This document shows positions 17,731 through 27,486 of a stretch of DNA of 64,000 nt, one piece after another (position 1 is the first letter of the stretch; each line of letters opens with the position of its first letter). Origin of the DNA: an uncultured Bacteroidales bacterium (GTDB lineage: Bacteria; Bacteroidota; Bacteroidia; Bacteroidales; UBA4417); the NCBI GenBank assembly GCA_903822525.1, contig CAIJPI010000042.1, positions 10,621 to 74,620 on the forward strand. The letters run 5' to 3'. The notes below the pieces were generated by a model. That model was given only the letters and a program-made list of their open reading frames with translations. It did no database searches and was not told the DNA's origin. The position numbers were made by a program, and so were the translations under genes.

Positions 17731-20673
17731 TTACAAATATCTCCTGTCCTTCACAAAAGGCAGTTTCGCCATTTTCTCAACCTCAATACTCGGGAAACCG
17801 AATTCTTCCACTATTTTCCCTTTCATCAGATACACACCACGACCTTTGAAAGGGTATTGTTTGGCTGATTGCGGGAAATGAACCGTATCGAAAAACTCAC
17901 CGGCTGCATCAAAGAAAGTGCCGAAATGCATGATCTCATTTCGTATTGTTCTGACGTATTTTATTGTTACAAGCGATCCCAGCATTCTCACTGTTTCACC
18001 TACATGCGAAGCGATTTCATGTGCGTGCAGCTGGCCGCGGAAGGAGGTCTGCAACAGTTCGAAATAGCCCATTGTTACAGGAAATCCTAATAACTCAATT
18101 TCGTCGAAGGCGTCATCTACAGCTGAATGGTCCAGTGCAGGCATGATAAATTGTCTTGCCGGTGTCGTAAACAGGGATCCGTCTGTTGGCGGGGGTGTCG
18201 ATTTGCGTAGCAACAGGTGTACTTCCCACAACAATTGTTGCTTGCTGATACCGGTAAACCGTAATGCATTCAGCCTGATAAGCAGTATAACCTGTTCAAG
18301 TGTAACAGCAACACGATTTACAAGGTCTGCCAGATTAACATAGGGTCCGTTAAGTAAACGTTCTTCAATAATAGCATTTGCGGTATTGCTTTCAATATTT
18401 GCTATATACACAAATCCCAGCCATATAGTGGTTCCTGTAATAGTGGTGGTGTAGTTGCTGCGGTTAATACAGGGTAGCTCAATGTCGGCACCGCAACGTC
18501 GGGCTTCGTTTATATATACCCAGGCAAGGTAAAATCCACCAAAATTATTAAGAACGGCAGTCATAAATTCGAGCGGGTAATACGATTTCAGGTAAAGGCT
18601 CTGGTAACTCTCCACTGCGAACGATGCCGAGTGTGCTTTGGAGAAAGAATATCCGGCAAACGACTCAATCTGCCGCCACACTTCCCTGGTAATTTCTTCT
18701 GAATGTCCCTGCTGCCGGCAACTGTCGAAATATTTGTCCACAATCTTTTGAAATTCAACCCTTGACCGGTATTTGCCGCTCATGGCACGGCGCAGCACAT
18801 CGGCATCCGCCAGATCGAGACCAGCAAAATGATGGCAGATCTTGAGCACATCTTCCTGGTAAACCATCACCCCGTAAGTTTCGCCAAGTTGCTCTTCCAT
18901 AATGGGATGAAGGTATTTGAACTTATCAGGATTATGAAACCGCCAGATATATTCCTTCATCATTCCCGAACGCGCAACCCCCGGTCGGATGATACTGCTG
19001 GCCGCCACCAATGTAAGATAGTTGTCGCATTTCAGTTTTTTAAGCAATCCGCGCATGGCTGGACTTTCAATATAAAAACATCCTATCGTTTCGGCCGACC
19101 TTAGTTGCTGTTTGATTTTTTCATCTTTCTTGAACTCTGATACCCTGTGTATATCAATGCTTATACCACGGTTCTGTTTGATAATATCAACGGCTTCCTG
19201 TATATGCCCGATGCCGCGCTGGCTAAGGATGTCGAGCTTTTCATAGCCAAGGTCTTCAGCTACATACATATCCCACTGGGTTGTTGGAAATGCCTTTGGC
19301 GGCATATCCAGGGCAGTGTAAGCGGTAAGCGGTTCTTCCGAAATAAGCACTCCCCCGGCATGTATGCTGCGGATATTGGGGAAATCAGTCATTCGTGTGC
19401 CAAGTTTCAGGATATGCCGGGTGATATCGTTGTTGTTGAGCGGGTTATTGGGCTCGTCCACCAGCATATCAATTTCTTCTTTGGGTAAACCGTATACCTT
19501 GCCCAGTTCGCGAAGTATCGATTTCCCTTTGAACGTGGAGGTAGCTCCAAGCAATGCCGTATGTTTGTGACCATACCGCTTGAAAATGTACTCGAAAACC
19601 TCGTCGCGGTCTTTCCACGAAAAATCGATATCAAAATCCGGCGGACTGCTTCGCTTTGGATTAAGAAACCGCTCAAAATAAAGATTAAGCTCGATGGGGT
19701 CTACATCGGTAATGCGAAGACAATACGCCACAATGCTGTTGGCCCCGCTGCCACGGCCTACATGGTAAAAACCGCGGCTCATAGTATAGCGGATAATATC
19801 CCAGGTGATCAGGAAATAGGATGAGAAACCAAGCTTGTCAATAATTTCGAGTTCGTGCTTTATGCGCTGTTTGGCCTCTTTATTATTTTTTCCATAGCGG
19901 TAAACCAGCCCGTCGAAGGCTAGCTTTTCAAGCAAAAGACGGTCATCGTAAGCACTGCGGGTAAAAATCTTTTTGTTCTTTACCGTAGTGAAATCGAACG
20001 CTATGCTGCAATTATTAAGTAATTTGCAGGTGTTGGAAATGATCTGCGGATAGTATTCAAACAGTTTCCTGAGTTCTGCATCCGGAGTGAAACATTCGTC
20101 GGGAGCAGCCACCTGCCACGGTTGCAGCATGCTTAGCAGGGTATTGTTATCAATAGCACGCAGGTTGCGATGCAGTTCGTAGCCTTGCTCGCTGTCGAAA
20201 GTTACCGGGCACAACGCTACGAGTTGATGCTGGCAGTGACGGTATTCAGATGAAATCAGTTTATTGATTTCTGTGCTCCGGATGCCGGTGTATTCATTAT
20301 CCCGCAATTGCACCGGCGACTTTGCCCCGAATGGAAAAATAACATAGCAGTGGCTGAATACAGGTGCCTCGCGGGGCAGGGGGAGTTTATTGATATTGTG
20401 ATTACTCAGGAATTCGTTCAGTTCCTTGAAACCTTCATTGTTGCGGGCAACACCTATATATAACAGTTCATTTCCATCGCGGAATTCGATGCCTGCCACC
20501 GGCTTTATCCCGCTTTTATTGCAGGCCTTCACAAAGTCGGCCACACCCATACTGTTGTTGATATCGGTGAGCGAAAGTGCATCAATACCATTAATAGCAG
20601 CCATTTCCACCAGTTTATCAATGGGGAGTGTGCCGTAACGCAAACTGTAATAGGAATGGCAGTTGAGATACAT
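17731..20673 (-). CDS. dnaE2: Error-prone DNA polymerase III alpha-like subunit (DnaE2/ImuC type)
   Basis: 980 aa with an N-terminal PHP domain (MYLNCHSYYSLRYGT) and a pol III alpha core. It is shorter than replicative DnaE and sits downstream of a Y-family polymerase and a LexA-like gene. Confidence 0.85.
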   Translation of the reverse strand: MYLNCHSYYSLRYGTLPIDKLVEMAAINGIDALSLTDINNSMGVADFVKACNKSGIKPVAGIEFRDGNELLYIGVARNNEGFKELNEFLSNHNINKLPLPREAPVFSHCYVIFPFGAKSPVQLRDNEYTGIRSTEINKLISSEYRHCQHQLVALCPVTFDSEQGYELHRNLRAIDNNTLLSMLQPWQVAAPDECFTPDAELRKLFEYYPQIISNTCKLLNNCSIAFDFTTVKNKKIFTRSAYDDRLLLEKLAFDGLVYRYGKNNKEAKQRIKHELEIIDKLGFSSYFLITWDIIRYTMSRGFYHVGRGSGANSIVAYCLRITDVDPIELNLYFERFLNPKRSSPPDFDIDFSWKDRDEVFEYIFKRYGHKHTALLGATSTFKGKSILRELGKVYGLPKEEIDMLVDEPNNPLNNNDITRHILKLGTRMTDFPNIRSIHAGGVLISEEPLTAYTALDMPPKAFPTTQWDMYVAEDLGYEKLDILSQRGIGHIQEAVDIIKQNRGISIDIHRVSEFKKDEKIKQQLRSAETIGCFYIESPAMRGLLKKLKCDNYLTLVAASSIIRPGVARSGMMKEYIWRFHNPDKFKYLHPIMEEQLGETYGVMVYQEDVLKICHHFAGLDLADADVLRRAMSGKYRSRVEFQKIVDKYFDSCRQQGHSEEITREVWRQIESFAGYSFSKAHSASFAVESYQSLYLKSYYPLEFMTAVLNNFGGFYLAWVYINEARRCGADIELPCINRSNYTTTITGTTIWLGFVYIANIESNTANAIIEERLLNGPYVNLADLVNRVAVTLEQVILLIRLNALRFTGISKQQLLWEVHLLLRKSTPPPTDGSLFTTPARQFIMPALDHSAVDDAFDEIELLGFPVTMGYFELLQTSFRGQLHAHEIASHVGETVRMLGSLVTIKYVRTIRNEIMHFGTFFDAAGEFFDTVHFPQSAKQYPFKGRGVYLMKGKIVEEFGFPSIEVEKMAKLPFVKDRRYL

Positions 20674-20680
20674 TTTAATA

Positions 20681-20834
20681 TCGGATTTTCGATGTGGGAT
20701 GTGCGATGTACAATGTGGGAGTTGCGAGTTGGGCTTTGGATTGGCAACTTGGAATTAGTCTCTGTTGTTTAGGTTCGCAATCCGATATCCAACATCCGAC
20801 ATCCAACATTCAACATCCGCCATCCAACATTTCC
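20681..20834. repeat. Imperfect inverted repeat built from degenerate GGATGT/GGATTT units around a central AACAGAGACTA core
   Basis: Arm 1 (20681-20750) is G/T-rich (CGGATTTTCGATGTGGGATGTGCGATGT...). Arm 2 (20774-20834) is the A/C-rich complement type (ATCCAACATCCGACATCCAACATTCAACATCCGCCATCCAACAT). The centre contains TAGTCTCTGTT (20756-20766). Confidence 0.75.
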
Positions 20835-20841
20835 CCCCTTT

Positions 20842-22062
20842 TCAATCCTCATCCTCCTCTTCACTCCCAATCCCAACGGCCCTGATCAGTTTATCCCGTC
20901 CATAGCGCAGGCGCATACGGTCCATGGCCTGGTAAAGGTTAATGAGTTCGGGCGTCTGGTCGAAAAGGTCGATTTGCTGCACCCCGGTTACCAGGTGGCT
21001 CAGCCGTACGCCTACAAGCCGTATCAGCATACGGCGCTGGTACAGTTTGCGGAACAGCTCTTTGGCCACCGGTATCAGTACATGGTCGAAAGAGGTGTAG
21101 CCGATGCGCTGTTGCACAGTATGGGTGTCGAAGTTGGAGTAGCGTATTTTTATTGTTACACAGGAAGTCAGTTTCTGCTTCTTGCGAAGCGTAAAGGCTA
21201 TTTTCTCAACCATACGCACCAGCAGTTCATTAATCATATGTATATCGATGGTGTCGTGCTCGAAGGTGGTTTCGGTGCTTATCGATTTCCGTTCGGAGTA
21301 GGGGATTACAGGAGTACTGTCGATTCCATTGGCTTTTTTCCATATCACCAGCCCGTTCTGTCCCAGTACCTTTTCCATCATTTCGGGTGGCATATGACCA
21401 AGGGTGTCAATGGTGGAAATTCCCATGGAACGCAGAAGACGGTAGGTTTTTTCACCTATACCGGGAATTTTGCTGATCGAAAGCGGCCCCAGAAACGGGA
21501 TTACCCTTTCGATAGGAATTTCGAGTTCACCGTTAGGCTTGGCTTCACCTGTGGCAATCTTGCATACCGTTTTGTTTACCGAAAGCCCCAGCGAAATAGG
21601 CAGCCCTGTTTCGCTTATGATACGCTGCCTGAGGTCATGCGTCCATTTCACACTTCCGAAAAAACGATCCATGCCGGTAATGTCAAGATAATGCTCGTCG
21701 ATAGAAGCTTTTTCATATACGGGGGCACGCTCGGCTATCACCGAGGTTACCATGTTGGAGTATTTGGTGTATTGCTCCATATCGCCACGTACTACTATGG
21801 CATCGGGACAAAGCATGCGTGCCATTTTCATGGGCATGGCCGAATGCACTCCGAAAGTGCGTGCCTCGTAACTGCAACTGGATACCACGCTGCGGTCCGA
21901 AAAGCCACCTACGATCACCGGCTTCCCGATAAGTTTACTGTTCATAAGCCGCTCCACAGCAACAAAAAAAGTATCCAGGTCCATATGTACAATGGTGCGG
22001 CCCGTCTTTCGGATACTGTCATGAATCCCCTGCGGAGAAATTATTTTAAGGTCATTGTACAT
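20842..22062 (-). CDS. dinB: Y-family DNA polymerase (DinB/Pol IV-like, catalytic residues present)
   Basis: HMDLDTFFVAVE and SIDEHYLD catalytic motifs; a clamp-binding-like QQIDLF near the C-terminus; an acidic tail EEEDED. Confidence 0.88.
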   Translation of the reverse strand: MYNDLKIISPQGIHDSIRKTGRTIVHMDLDTFFVAVERLMNSKLIGKPVIVGGFSDRSVVSSCSYEARTFGVHSAMPMKMARMLCPDAIVVRGDMEQYTKYSNMVTSVIAERAPVYEKASIDEHYLDITGMDRFFGSVKWTHDLRQRIISETGLPISLGLSVNKTVCKIATGEAKPNGELEIPIERVIPFLGPLSISKIPGIGEKTYRLLRSMGISTIDTLGHMPPEMMEKVLGQNGLVIWKKANGIDSTPVIPYSERKSISTETTFEHDTIDIHMINELLVRMVEKIAFTLRKKQKLTSCVTIKIRYSNFDTHTVQQRIGYTSFDHVLIPVAKELFRKLYQRRMLIRLVGVRLSHLVTGVQQIDLFDQTPELINLYQAMDRMRLRYGRDKLIRAVGIGSEEEDED

Positions 22063-22082
22063 TGGTATTAAAAATGTATTAA

Positions 22083-22105
22083 TTTTGATTAAAATTTAAT
22101 CAAAA
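22083..22105. promoter_or_regulatory. Perfect 23-bp palindrome in the divergent dinB / lexA-like intergenic region (candidate operator)
   Basis: TTTTGATTAAA-A-TTTAATCAAAA has 11-bp arms that are exactly self-complementary. It lies between starts at 22062 (-) and 22139 (+). Confidence 0.5.
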
Positions 22106-22138
22106 AACTGACTACAATATAATCATAATATTTGAGAT

Positions 22139-23020
22139 ATGAATAATCCTGTTAATAAAAATATGGGCAAAGACACAACATACCGTGTTGTTGCCATGAT
22201 AGGGCAAAATGTCAAATTACTCCGAAAACGGCGTGGCCGCACACAGGACGATATTGCTTCTGCCCTGGAAATGAAACGCTCCACGCTGAGCGGATACGAA
22301 AACGGGGTTGCCGAACCGGGTATTGAGGCATTGGTATCGCTGGCGAAATATTTCAGAATATCGGTGGATACCCTGCTCACGGTTGACCTGAACACGCTTC
22401 GCGAAAGCGAATTGTACCAGTTGGAGCACGGCAGCGATATTTTTGTGAACGGCGGAAACCTGCGTGTGCTTACAACCACTGTGGATAGTAACAACAAAGA
22501 GAATATAGAAGTTATAAACCAGAAAGCATCAGCAGGCTACCGGACCGGTTTTGCCGATCCTGAATACATTAAGGTGCTGCCAACATTTCAATTACCGTTT
22601 CTCTCGGCCGATCGTAAATACCGCACGTTTCAGATATCGGGCGATTCAATGCTGCCTATCCCCGACAAATCGTGGGTTACAGGCGAGTTTGTACAGAACT
22701 GGGATATGATCCGCGATCATCAGGCCTATATTATTCTCACCCTTAACGATGGTATAATGTTTAAAGTTGCCGAAAATAGGCTCAAAACAGAAGGCCGGCT
22801 GTTGCTGCACTCGCTTAATCCACTCTACGATTCCTATTCCGTTGATCTTAAGGATTTACGCGAAGTATGGCGCTTTGTTCATTATATCAGTTCGGAATTG
22901 CCGGAGCCTAATCTTCCGGTGAACCAGATGGCTGGCGCCCTGGCGGCATTGCAAAATGAAGTTGCTGGAATTAAAGCTAAAATAGCAACACAAGGGAAGT
23001 TGTTTGATACAGAAAAATAG
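22139..23020 (+). CDS. LexA-like repressor: XRE-type HTH + S24 peptidase domain
   Basis: N-terminal HTH (LLRKRRGRTQDDIASALEMKRSTLSGYENG), a candidate Ala-Gly cleavage site (KASAGY), and the S24 serine motif ISGDSMLP. It is divergent from dinB-dnaE2. Confidence 0.8.
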   Translation: MNNPVNKNMGKDTTYRVVAMIGQNVKLLRKRRGRTQDDIASALEMKRSTLSGYENGVAEPGIEALVSLAKYFRISVDTLLTVDLNTLRESELYQLEHGSDIFVNGGNLRVLTTTVDSNNKENIEVINQKASAGYRTGFADPEYIKVLPTFQLPFLSADRKYRTFQISGDSMLPIPDKSWVTGEFVQNWDMIRDHQAYIILTLNDGIMFKVAENRLKTEGRLLLHSLNPLYDSYSVDLKDLREVWRFVHYISSELPEPNLPVNQMAGALAALQNEVAGIKAKIATQGKLFDTEK

Positions 23021-23127
23021 GGATAAATAGGTTGATTTTCAGTATCTTTATGGTACAGATGGTGTGTGTGTTTTATTTTGAAAAAATCCTCAGAATTCAT
23101 ATAAAAAATCCACAAAAAATCATTGCC

Positions 23128-23514
23128 ATGAAGAATCTACTGGTTCCCGCATGTTTAGTGTTGCTGCTGTGGTCGTGTAACCTGTCAGAGATTGTATCGA
23201 AATCACATGGGGATAGAATTAACATAGCCGATAGTACTGAATATGAGATTACTATCAGCGACCCCGGTTTCGATACCTGGTATCTGATGCACTTTTCGCC
23301 ATCAAACGATTACAGCAATGAATATTACCACAGTAAAAACCAGCTTGCAGTCAGCAACTGGAATGATTATTTCATCAGGGGCAGACATCACCTTCTGATT
23401 GATTCTAATATCTATTATGACTGCTCTGTAGATTATGGTATAGATGTAAACAGAAAGTTGTATTGGTATTTTAAATATGCAGAAGAGAAATCCGGAATCC
23501 GTCTGTTAAAGTAG
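23128..23514 (+). CDS. Hypothetical lipoprotein
   Basis: The internal ATG at 23128 gives MKNLLVPACLVLLLWSCN, a lipobox-like signal. The upstream part of track ORF 23032 lacks coding character. Confidence 0.6.
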   Translation: MKNLLVPACLVLLLWSCNLSEIVSKSHGDRINIADSTEYEITISDPGFDTWYLMHFSPSNDYSNEYYHSKNQLAVSNWNDYFIRGRHHLLIDSNIYYDCSVDYGIDVNRKLYWYFKYAEEKSGIRLLK

Positions 23515-23628
23515 AATACCCTTTCAGGTTTTAAAGTGTGCTCATTTAGCCTTTTATGCTATGGAGTCATTAGCCCTTTTTTTTCACCTGACTTGTCACT
23601 ACCTTTGCGCCCTTAAACCAACAGGGAA

Positions 23629-24717
23629 ATGGCGCTGAAATGTGGAATTATAGGTTTGGCCAATACAGGTAAAACCACTCTTTTTAATTGTGTTGCTAAT
23701 ACAAAGATTCATAACCAGTCAGGTGTGCAAAAATCACATATGGGGCAGATTAACGTTCCTGATAGCAGGCTTCATGTACTTGACGGACTGATTCATTCAA
23801 TCAGAGTTCTGCATGCATCTGTTGACCTGGTGGATATTCCCGGCCTTACAAAAGGATCGGGTCAGGCCGAAAGTACTTCCAGTAAATTTTTATCCGAAAT
23901 ACAACAAACCGATGCACTTATTCATGTGCTTCGCTGCTTCGACAGTGATACGGTACCTCATATCGAAGGCTCCGTTAACCCGGTCCGTGACAGGGAAATT
24001 GTCGACCTGGAACTCTGTATCCGCGACCTGAGCATGGTTGAGCGAAAAATTCAGCGTACCGAAAAGCTTCTTAAATTAGGTGACAAAGATGCCAAAAAGG
24101 TAATGGATGTTCTGCATGTATATAAGACACACCTCGAAGATTTCAAGCCGGCACGTACTGCTCCGGTCACTGAAGATGAGCACAAACATATTGCTGATAT
24201 GTATCTTATCACCGACAAACCTGTTATCTATGTTTGTAATGTTGATGATGCATCAGCGGCAACAGGTAATGTCTATTCTGAGAGACTGAAAGAAGCCGTT
24301 AAAGAAGAAAATGCGGAGGTTCTGGTTATTGCTGCCGGTCTTGAAGCTGAGATTGCTGAATTGGAAAGCAGCGAGGACAGGGCGATATTTCTTGCCGATG
24401 CTGGCTTACAGGAGCCTGGTGTAAATAAAGTGGTGCAGTCGGCATATAAGTTGCTTAACCTAATGTCCTTTTTTACCGTTGGGGTAAAAGAAGTCCGTGC
24501 TTGGACAATACACAAAGGAATGACAGCTCCACAGGCTGCCGGGGTTATTCACAGTGATCTTGAACGTGGATTTATACGTGCTGAAGTAATGAAATACATC
24601 GATTTTGTCACTCTAAAGTCGGAACACGCCTGTAAAGAAGCCGGAAAATTAGCTGTCGAAGGTAAAAATTACGTGGTTTGCGATGGAGATATTCTGAATA
24701 TCAGGTTTAATGTCTAA
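23629..24717 (+). CDS. ychF: Redox-regulated ATPase YchF
   Basis: G1 motif GLANTGKTTLFN, DIPGL, and the C-terminal TGS-like FIRAEV...GKNYVVCDGDIL. Length is 362 aa. Confidence 0.93.
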   Translation: MALKCGIIGLANTGKTTLFNCVANTKIHNQSGVQKSHMGQINVPDSRLHVLDGLIHSIRVLHASVDLVDIPGLTKGSGQAESTSSKFLSEIQQTDALIHVLRCFDSDTVPHIEGSVNPVRDREIVDLELCIRDLSMVERKIQRTEKLLKLGDKDAKKVMDVLHVYKTHLEDFKPARTAPVTEDEHKHIADMYLITDKPVIYVCNVDDASAATGNVYSERLKEAVKEENAEVLVIAAGLEAEIAELESSEDRAIFLADAGLQEPGVNKVVQSAYKLLNLMSFFTVGVKEVRAWTIHKGMTAPQAAGVIHSDLERGFIRAEVMKYIDFVTLKSEHACKEAGKLAVEGKNYVVCDGDILNIRFNV

Positions 24718-24870
24718 CCGATTCTGATTCAGGTTCACTGCCTTAGATTCCCTTTTTTATACGTGCGAATTCAGGATCCATTTTATGGTATCCTTGCCTC
24801 ATGCTACCGCCTGAGCAATGCTTGTCCTCCTTATCCCGATGAAATATCTGTTATGGTATATAAAACCTGC

Positions 24871-25953
24871 TTATTTCAGAATTCCTTTCTGATCGAGTGC
24901 ATGCTGGTATTTTGAAGCATTCATCAGGTGTTCGTTTATGGTAACTGCAAAATTGTGATATCCTGAGAAATCCTCCCTTGCACAGAAATACATATACTTA
25001 TGTTGCCTGTAGTTCAATACAGCATCAATAGATGAAATGGATGGCAAACAAATGGGCCCGGGCGGAAGACCGAAGTATAGATAGGTATTGTAAGGTGAAT
25101 CTATGGTTTTGTAAATGTTGAGGACGCGTTTTATGCTAAAATCACCAAGCGCATATACCAGTGTAGGGTCAGCCTGAAGTAGCCATCCATCGCGCAGGCG
25201 GTTCATATACACACCAGCTACGTCGGGCTTTTCATCATTTTTATTCGATTCCTTTTCGACAATTGAAGCAAGTGTAATGGCTTGCAGTTCGGTAAGTCTG
25301 ATTTCAGTAAGCCTGGCTTTTCGTTTGTCGGTCCAGAAGGCAATGTATTCCTTGTGCATCCTTTCCATAAATTTTTCAGCCGTAATATCCCAGTATACTT
25401 CGTAAGTGTTCGGGATAAACATGCTTATAATATTTGCGGATGTAAACCCAAATTTTTTCAGATAATCCTCATTGTTGAGCAGTTTCAGCAACGAAACGGA
25501 ATCGATTTCGAGTTGTTCGGCAATATGCCCGGAAAGTTCCTCCTTTATCCGAATATTATTGAAAACCAGTTTTACTGGATCCTGCTGTTTTGCCCGTAAT
25601 TTTGTAATTATCTGTTTATTGCTCATGCCTTCTTTTAAAACATAATGTCCGGGTTTGATGTGTTCAGTATATTTCATGATTTTGGCCAGGCTCTCGAAGG
25701 ACGGACGGTGGATAATCGTTCCGTTTTTATATAATAATTGTTTAACATCTTCCCAATTTGAGCCTGATTTGATGTTAAAAGCGACCGAAGGCTGTCCATT
25801 CAGCCAAACATTTGGTTTGTAAACCATACGGTATGCCAGGTATCCCGAAACCGATCCGCCAATTATCAATATGGTAAAGATCGAAATGAAAAATTTTCTC
25901 CTGTTCGACAATCGTCTTTCGCGCTTAATGCGGCTTGAATAATAATTCGGCAT
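24871..25953 (-). CDS. mltG: Endolytic murein transglycosylase MltG (YceG-like)
   Basis: N-terminal TM anchor and YceG-like core (ITLASIVEKES...GVYMNRL...LQADPT). Confidence 0.88.
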   Translation of the reverse strand: MPNYYSSRIKRERRLSNRRKFFISIFTILIIGGSVSGYLAYRMVYKPNVWLNGQPSVAFNIKSGSNWEDVKQLLYKNGTIIHRPSFESLAKIMKYTEHIKPGHYVLKEGMSNKQIITKLRAKQQDPVKLVFNNIRIKEELSGHIAEQLEIDSVSLLKLLNNEDYLKKFGFTSANIISMFIPNTYEVYWDITAEKFMERMHKEYIAFWTDKRKARLTEIRLTELQAITLASIVEKESNKNDEKPDVAGVYMNRLRDGWLLQADPTLVYALGDFSIKRVLNIYKTIDSPYNTYLYFGLPPGPICLPSISSIDAVLNYRQHKYMYFCAREDFSGYHNFAVTINEHLMNASKYQHALDQKGILK

Positions 25954-26170
25954 ATTTTCAGTTCTTTTGGCGTTATAGGAACGACTGATTTATGTTTGTA
26001 AAAGCTGCTATATTAACTTTAACCTTTAGTTTAAATCTTGCTTAGGTATGCTTTATTTGAGGGAAATTTGGAGTAAAACGTTTTTAAAGCTGGCCTCTGC
26101 TGCCTGATCATCCTAGACTTAAAGTAATTTCAACAAAAATCTTCATTTTCGTTTAGCTGAAAAATCCAGC

Positions 26171-26698
26171 TCAGGTATTATTTATCTTCTGAAATATCAG
26201 TTCATCCATCCATTGCCCATCGCGGAAAAGCCATTCTTTCTTGTTGCCGCAGGCTGTAAATCCGGCCTTAGTAAAAACATGTATGCTTTCTGTATTGCTC
26301 TGCTCTATATTGCAATATAGTTGGTGAAGATTCAACGTTTTAAAACAATACTCAGTTAGCAATCCGATGGCTTCTGAAGCATATCCTTTTCTGCGTGATG
26401 ACTCGTCAATCAATAATCCTATGCCAGCCCTCCGGTGAAAAGGGTCGAAATCAAACAGGTCAATACTCCCGACTACTGCAGATTCTGAACCTGCGGTATG
26501 ACATTCAATCATAAGGCGCAACTGTTTGGATGAAAATATATCATCCTGCGCGTTCAGCACATATTGTTCGATGGCAAATTTCGAAAATGGCGTTATCGTA
26601 TTGCTCAGATGCCATATACGCGTATCATTCTCCCAGCGGTAGAGTATATCTATATCAGTAGGTTCAGGTGCTCTCAGTAATACGTTCGGACCAGTCAT
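26171..26698 (-). CDS. GNAT family N-acetyltransferase
   Basis: 175 aa; RimJ/RimL-like layout with an acetyl-CoA loop RRKGYASEA. Confidence 0.8.
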   Translation of the reverse strand: MTGPNVLLRAPEPTDIDILYRWENDTRIWHLSNTITPFSKFAIEQYVLNAQDDIFSSKQLRLMIECHTAGSESAVVGSIDLFDFDPFHRRAGIGLLIDESSRRKGYASEAIGLLTEYCFKTLNLHQLYCNIEQSNTESIHVFTKAGFTACGNKKEWLFRDGQWMDELIFQKINNT

Positions 26699-26703
26699 AA
26701 CCT

Positions 26704-27486
26704 TTAAATTTCAATTTCTCCTGCAAAGACCAGTTTTGCAGGGCCGGAAAGTTTTACCATGTTAAAGGTGTCGCCATTTCGTGTAAAACTCACGAACAAC
26801 CTGCCTCCGGCTGTATTCACATAAAATGCATTGCCGCCATATTTTAAAGAAGCTGCTATTGCCGAAGCCGTGACCCCGGTTCCACATGAAAGTGTTTCAT
26901 TTTCAACGCCTTTCTCATAAGTACGGACGTATAGCTCTTTTTTTAACAGCCTTGCAAAGTTAACATTCGTGCCATGAGGTTCATACCGCGAATCAAATCG
27001 TAACTCACGGCCTTCTTCTATTAAATCAATGTTATCAGGATTGTCGACAAATTTTACAACATGATATGTACCTGTATTCAGGTAATAGGTGTTGTTATCC
27101 TGATTGTAAATCTCCGGATTCTGCATTCCGAGTTCCACTATCATTACAGAACCGTTATTTTCGGTAATTTGTGCATGATGTATCCCGTCAGCTGCCATGA
27201 AACGACACGTGCTTCCGGTTATAGCCAACTGATGCGCAAAGGCAGTTATACAGCGTCCTCCGTTTCCGCAAAAAGTAGCCTGGCTTCCATCGCTGTTAAA
27301 ATAATTCATTCCGAAATCATAGCCTTCACTACGCTGAAGCAGAATAATGCCATCGGCTCCTATGCCAAAATGTCTGTCACATAGCCTGCTGATCAACTCT
27401 TCGTTGATAGGAAACTGTAACTTCCGGTCGTCGATTAAAATAAAATCATTGCCGGTTCCTTCGTATTTGCTGAATTGTAGGGTCAT
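26704..27486 (-). CDS. dapF: Diaminopimelate epimerase
   Basis: FSKYEGTGNDFILID; catalytic cysteines in FCGNGGRC and LSCGTGVTA. Confidence 0.93.
   Translation of the reverse strand: MTLQFSKYEGTGNDFILIDDRKLQFPINEELISRLCDRHFGIGADGIILLQRSEGYDFGMNYFNSDGSQATFCGNGGRCITAFAHQLAITGSTCRFMAADGIHHAQITENNGSVMIVELGMQNPEIYNQDNNTYYLNTGTYHVVKFVDNPDNIDLIEEGRELRFDSRYEPHGTNVNFARLLKKELYVRTYEKGVENETLSCGTGVTASAIAASLKYGGNAFYVNTAGGRLFVSFTRNGDTFNMVKLSGPAKLVFAGEIEI

Noticed and set aside
20694-20885. A 63-aa ORF through the dinB-dnaE2 spacer (…SDIQHPTSNIQHPPSNISPLFNPHPPLH…).
   Set aside because: The peptide is just the translation of the ACATCC-type tandem repeat and of the dinB acidic tail in antisense. It lacks start context and coding character.
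20974-22071. A 365-aa ORF on the + strand covering almost the whole of dinB in antisense.
   Set aside because: The translation has no recognisable motif and a biased composition. It fully overlaps a well-supported Y-family polymerase gene. This is a typical shadow ORF in a G+C-richer region where stop codons are rare on the opposite strand.
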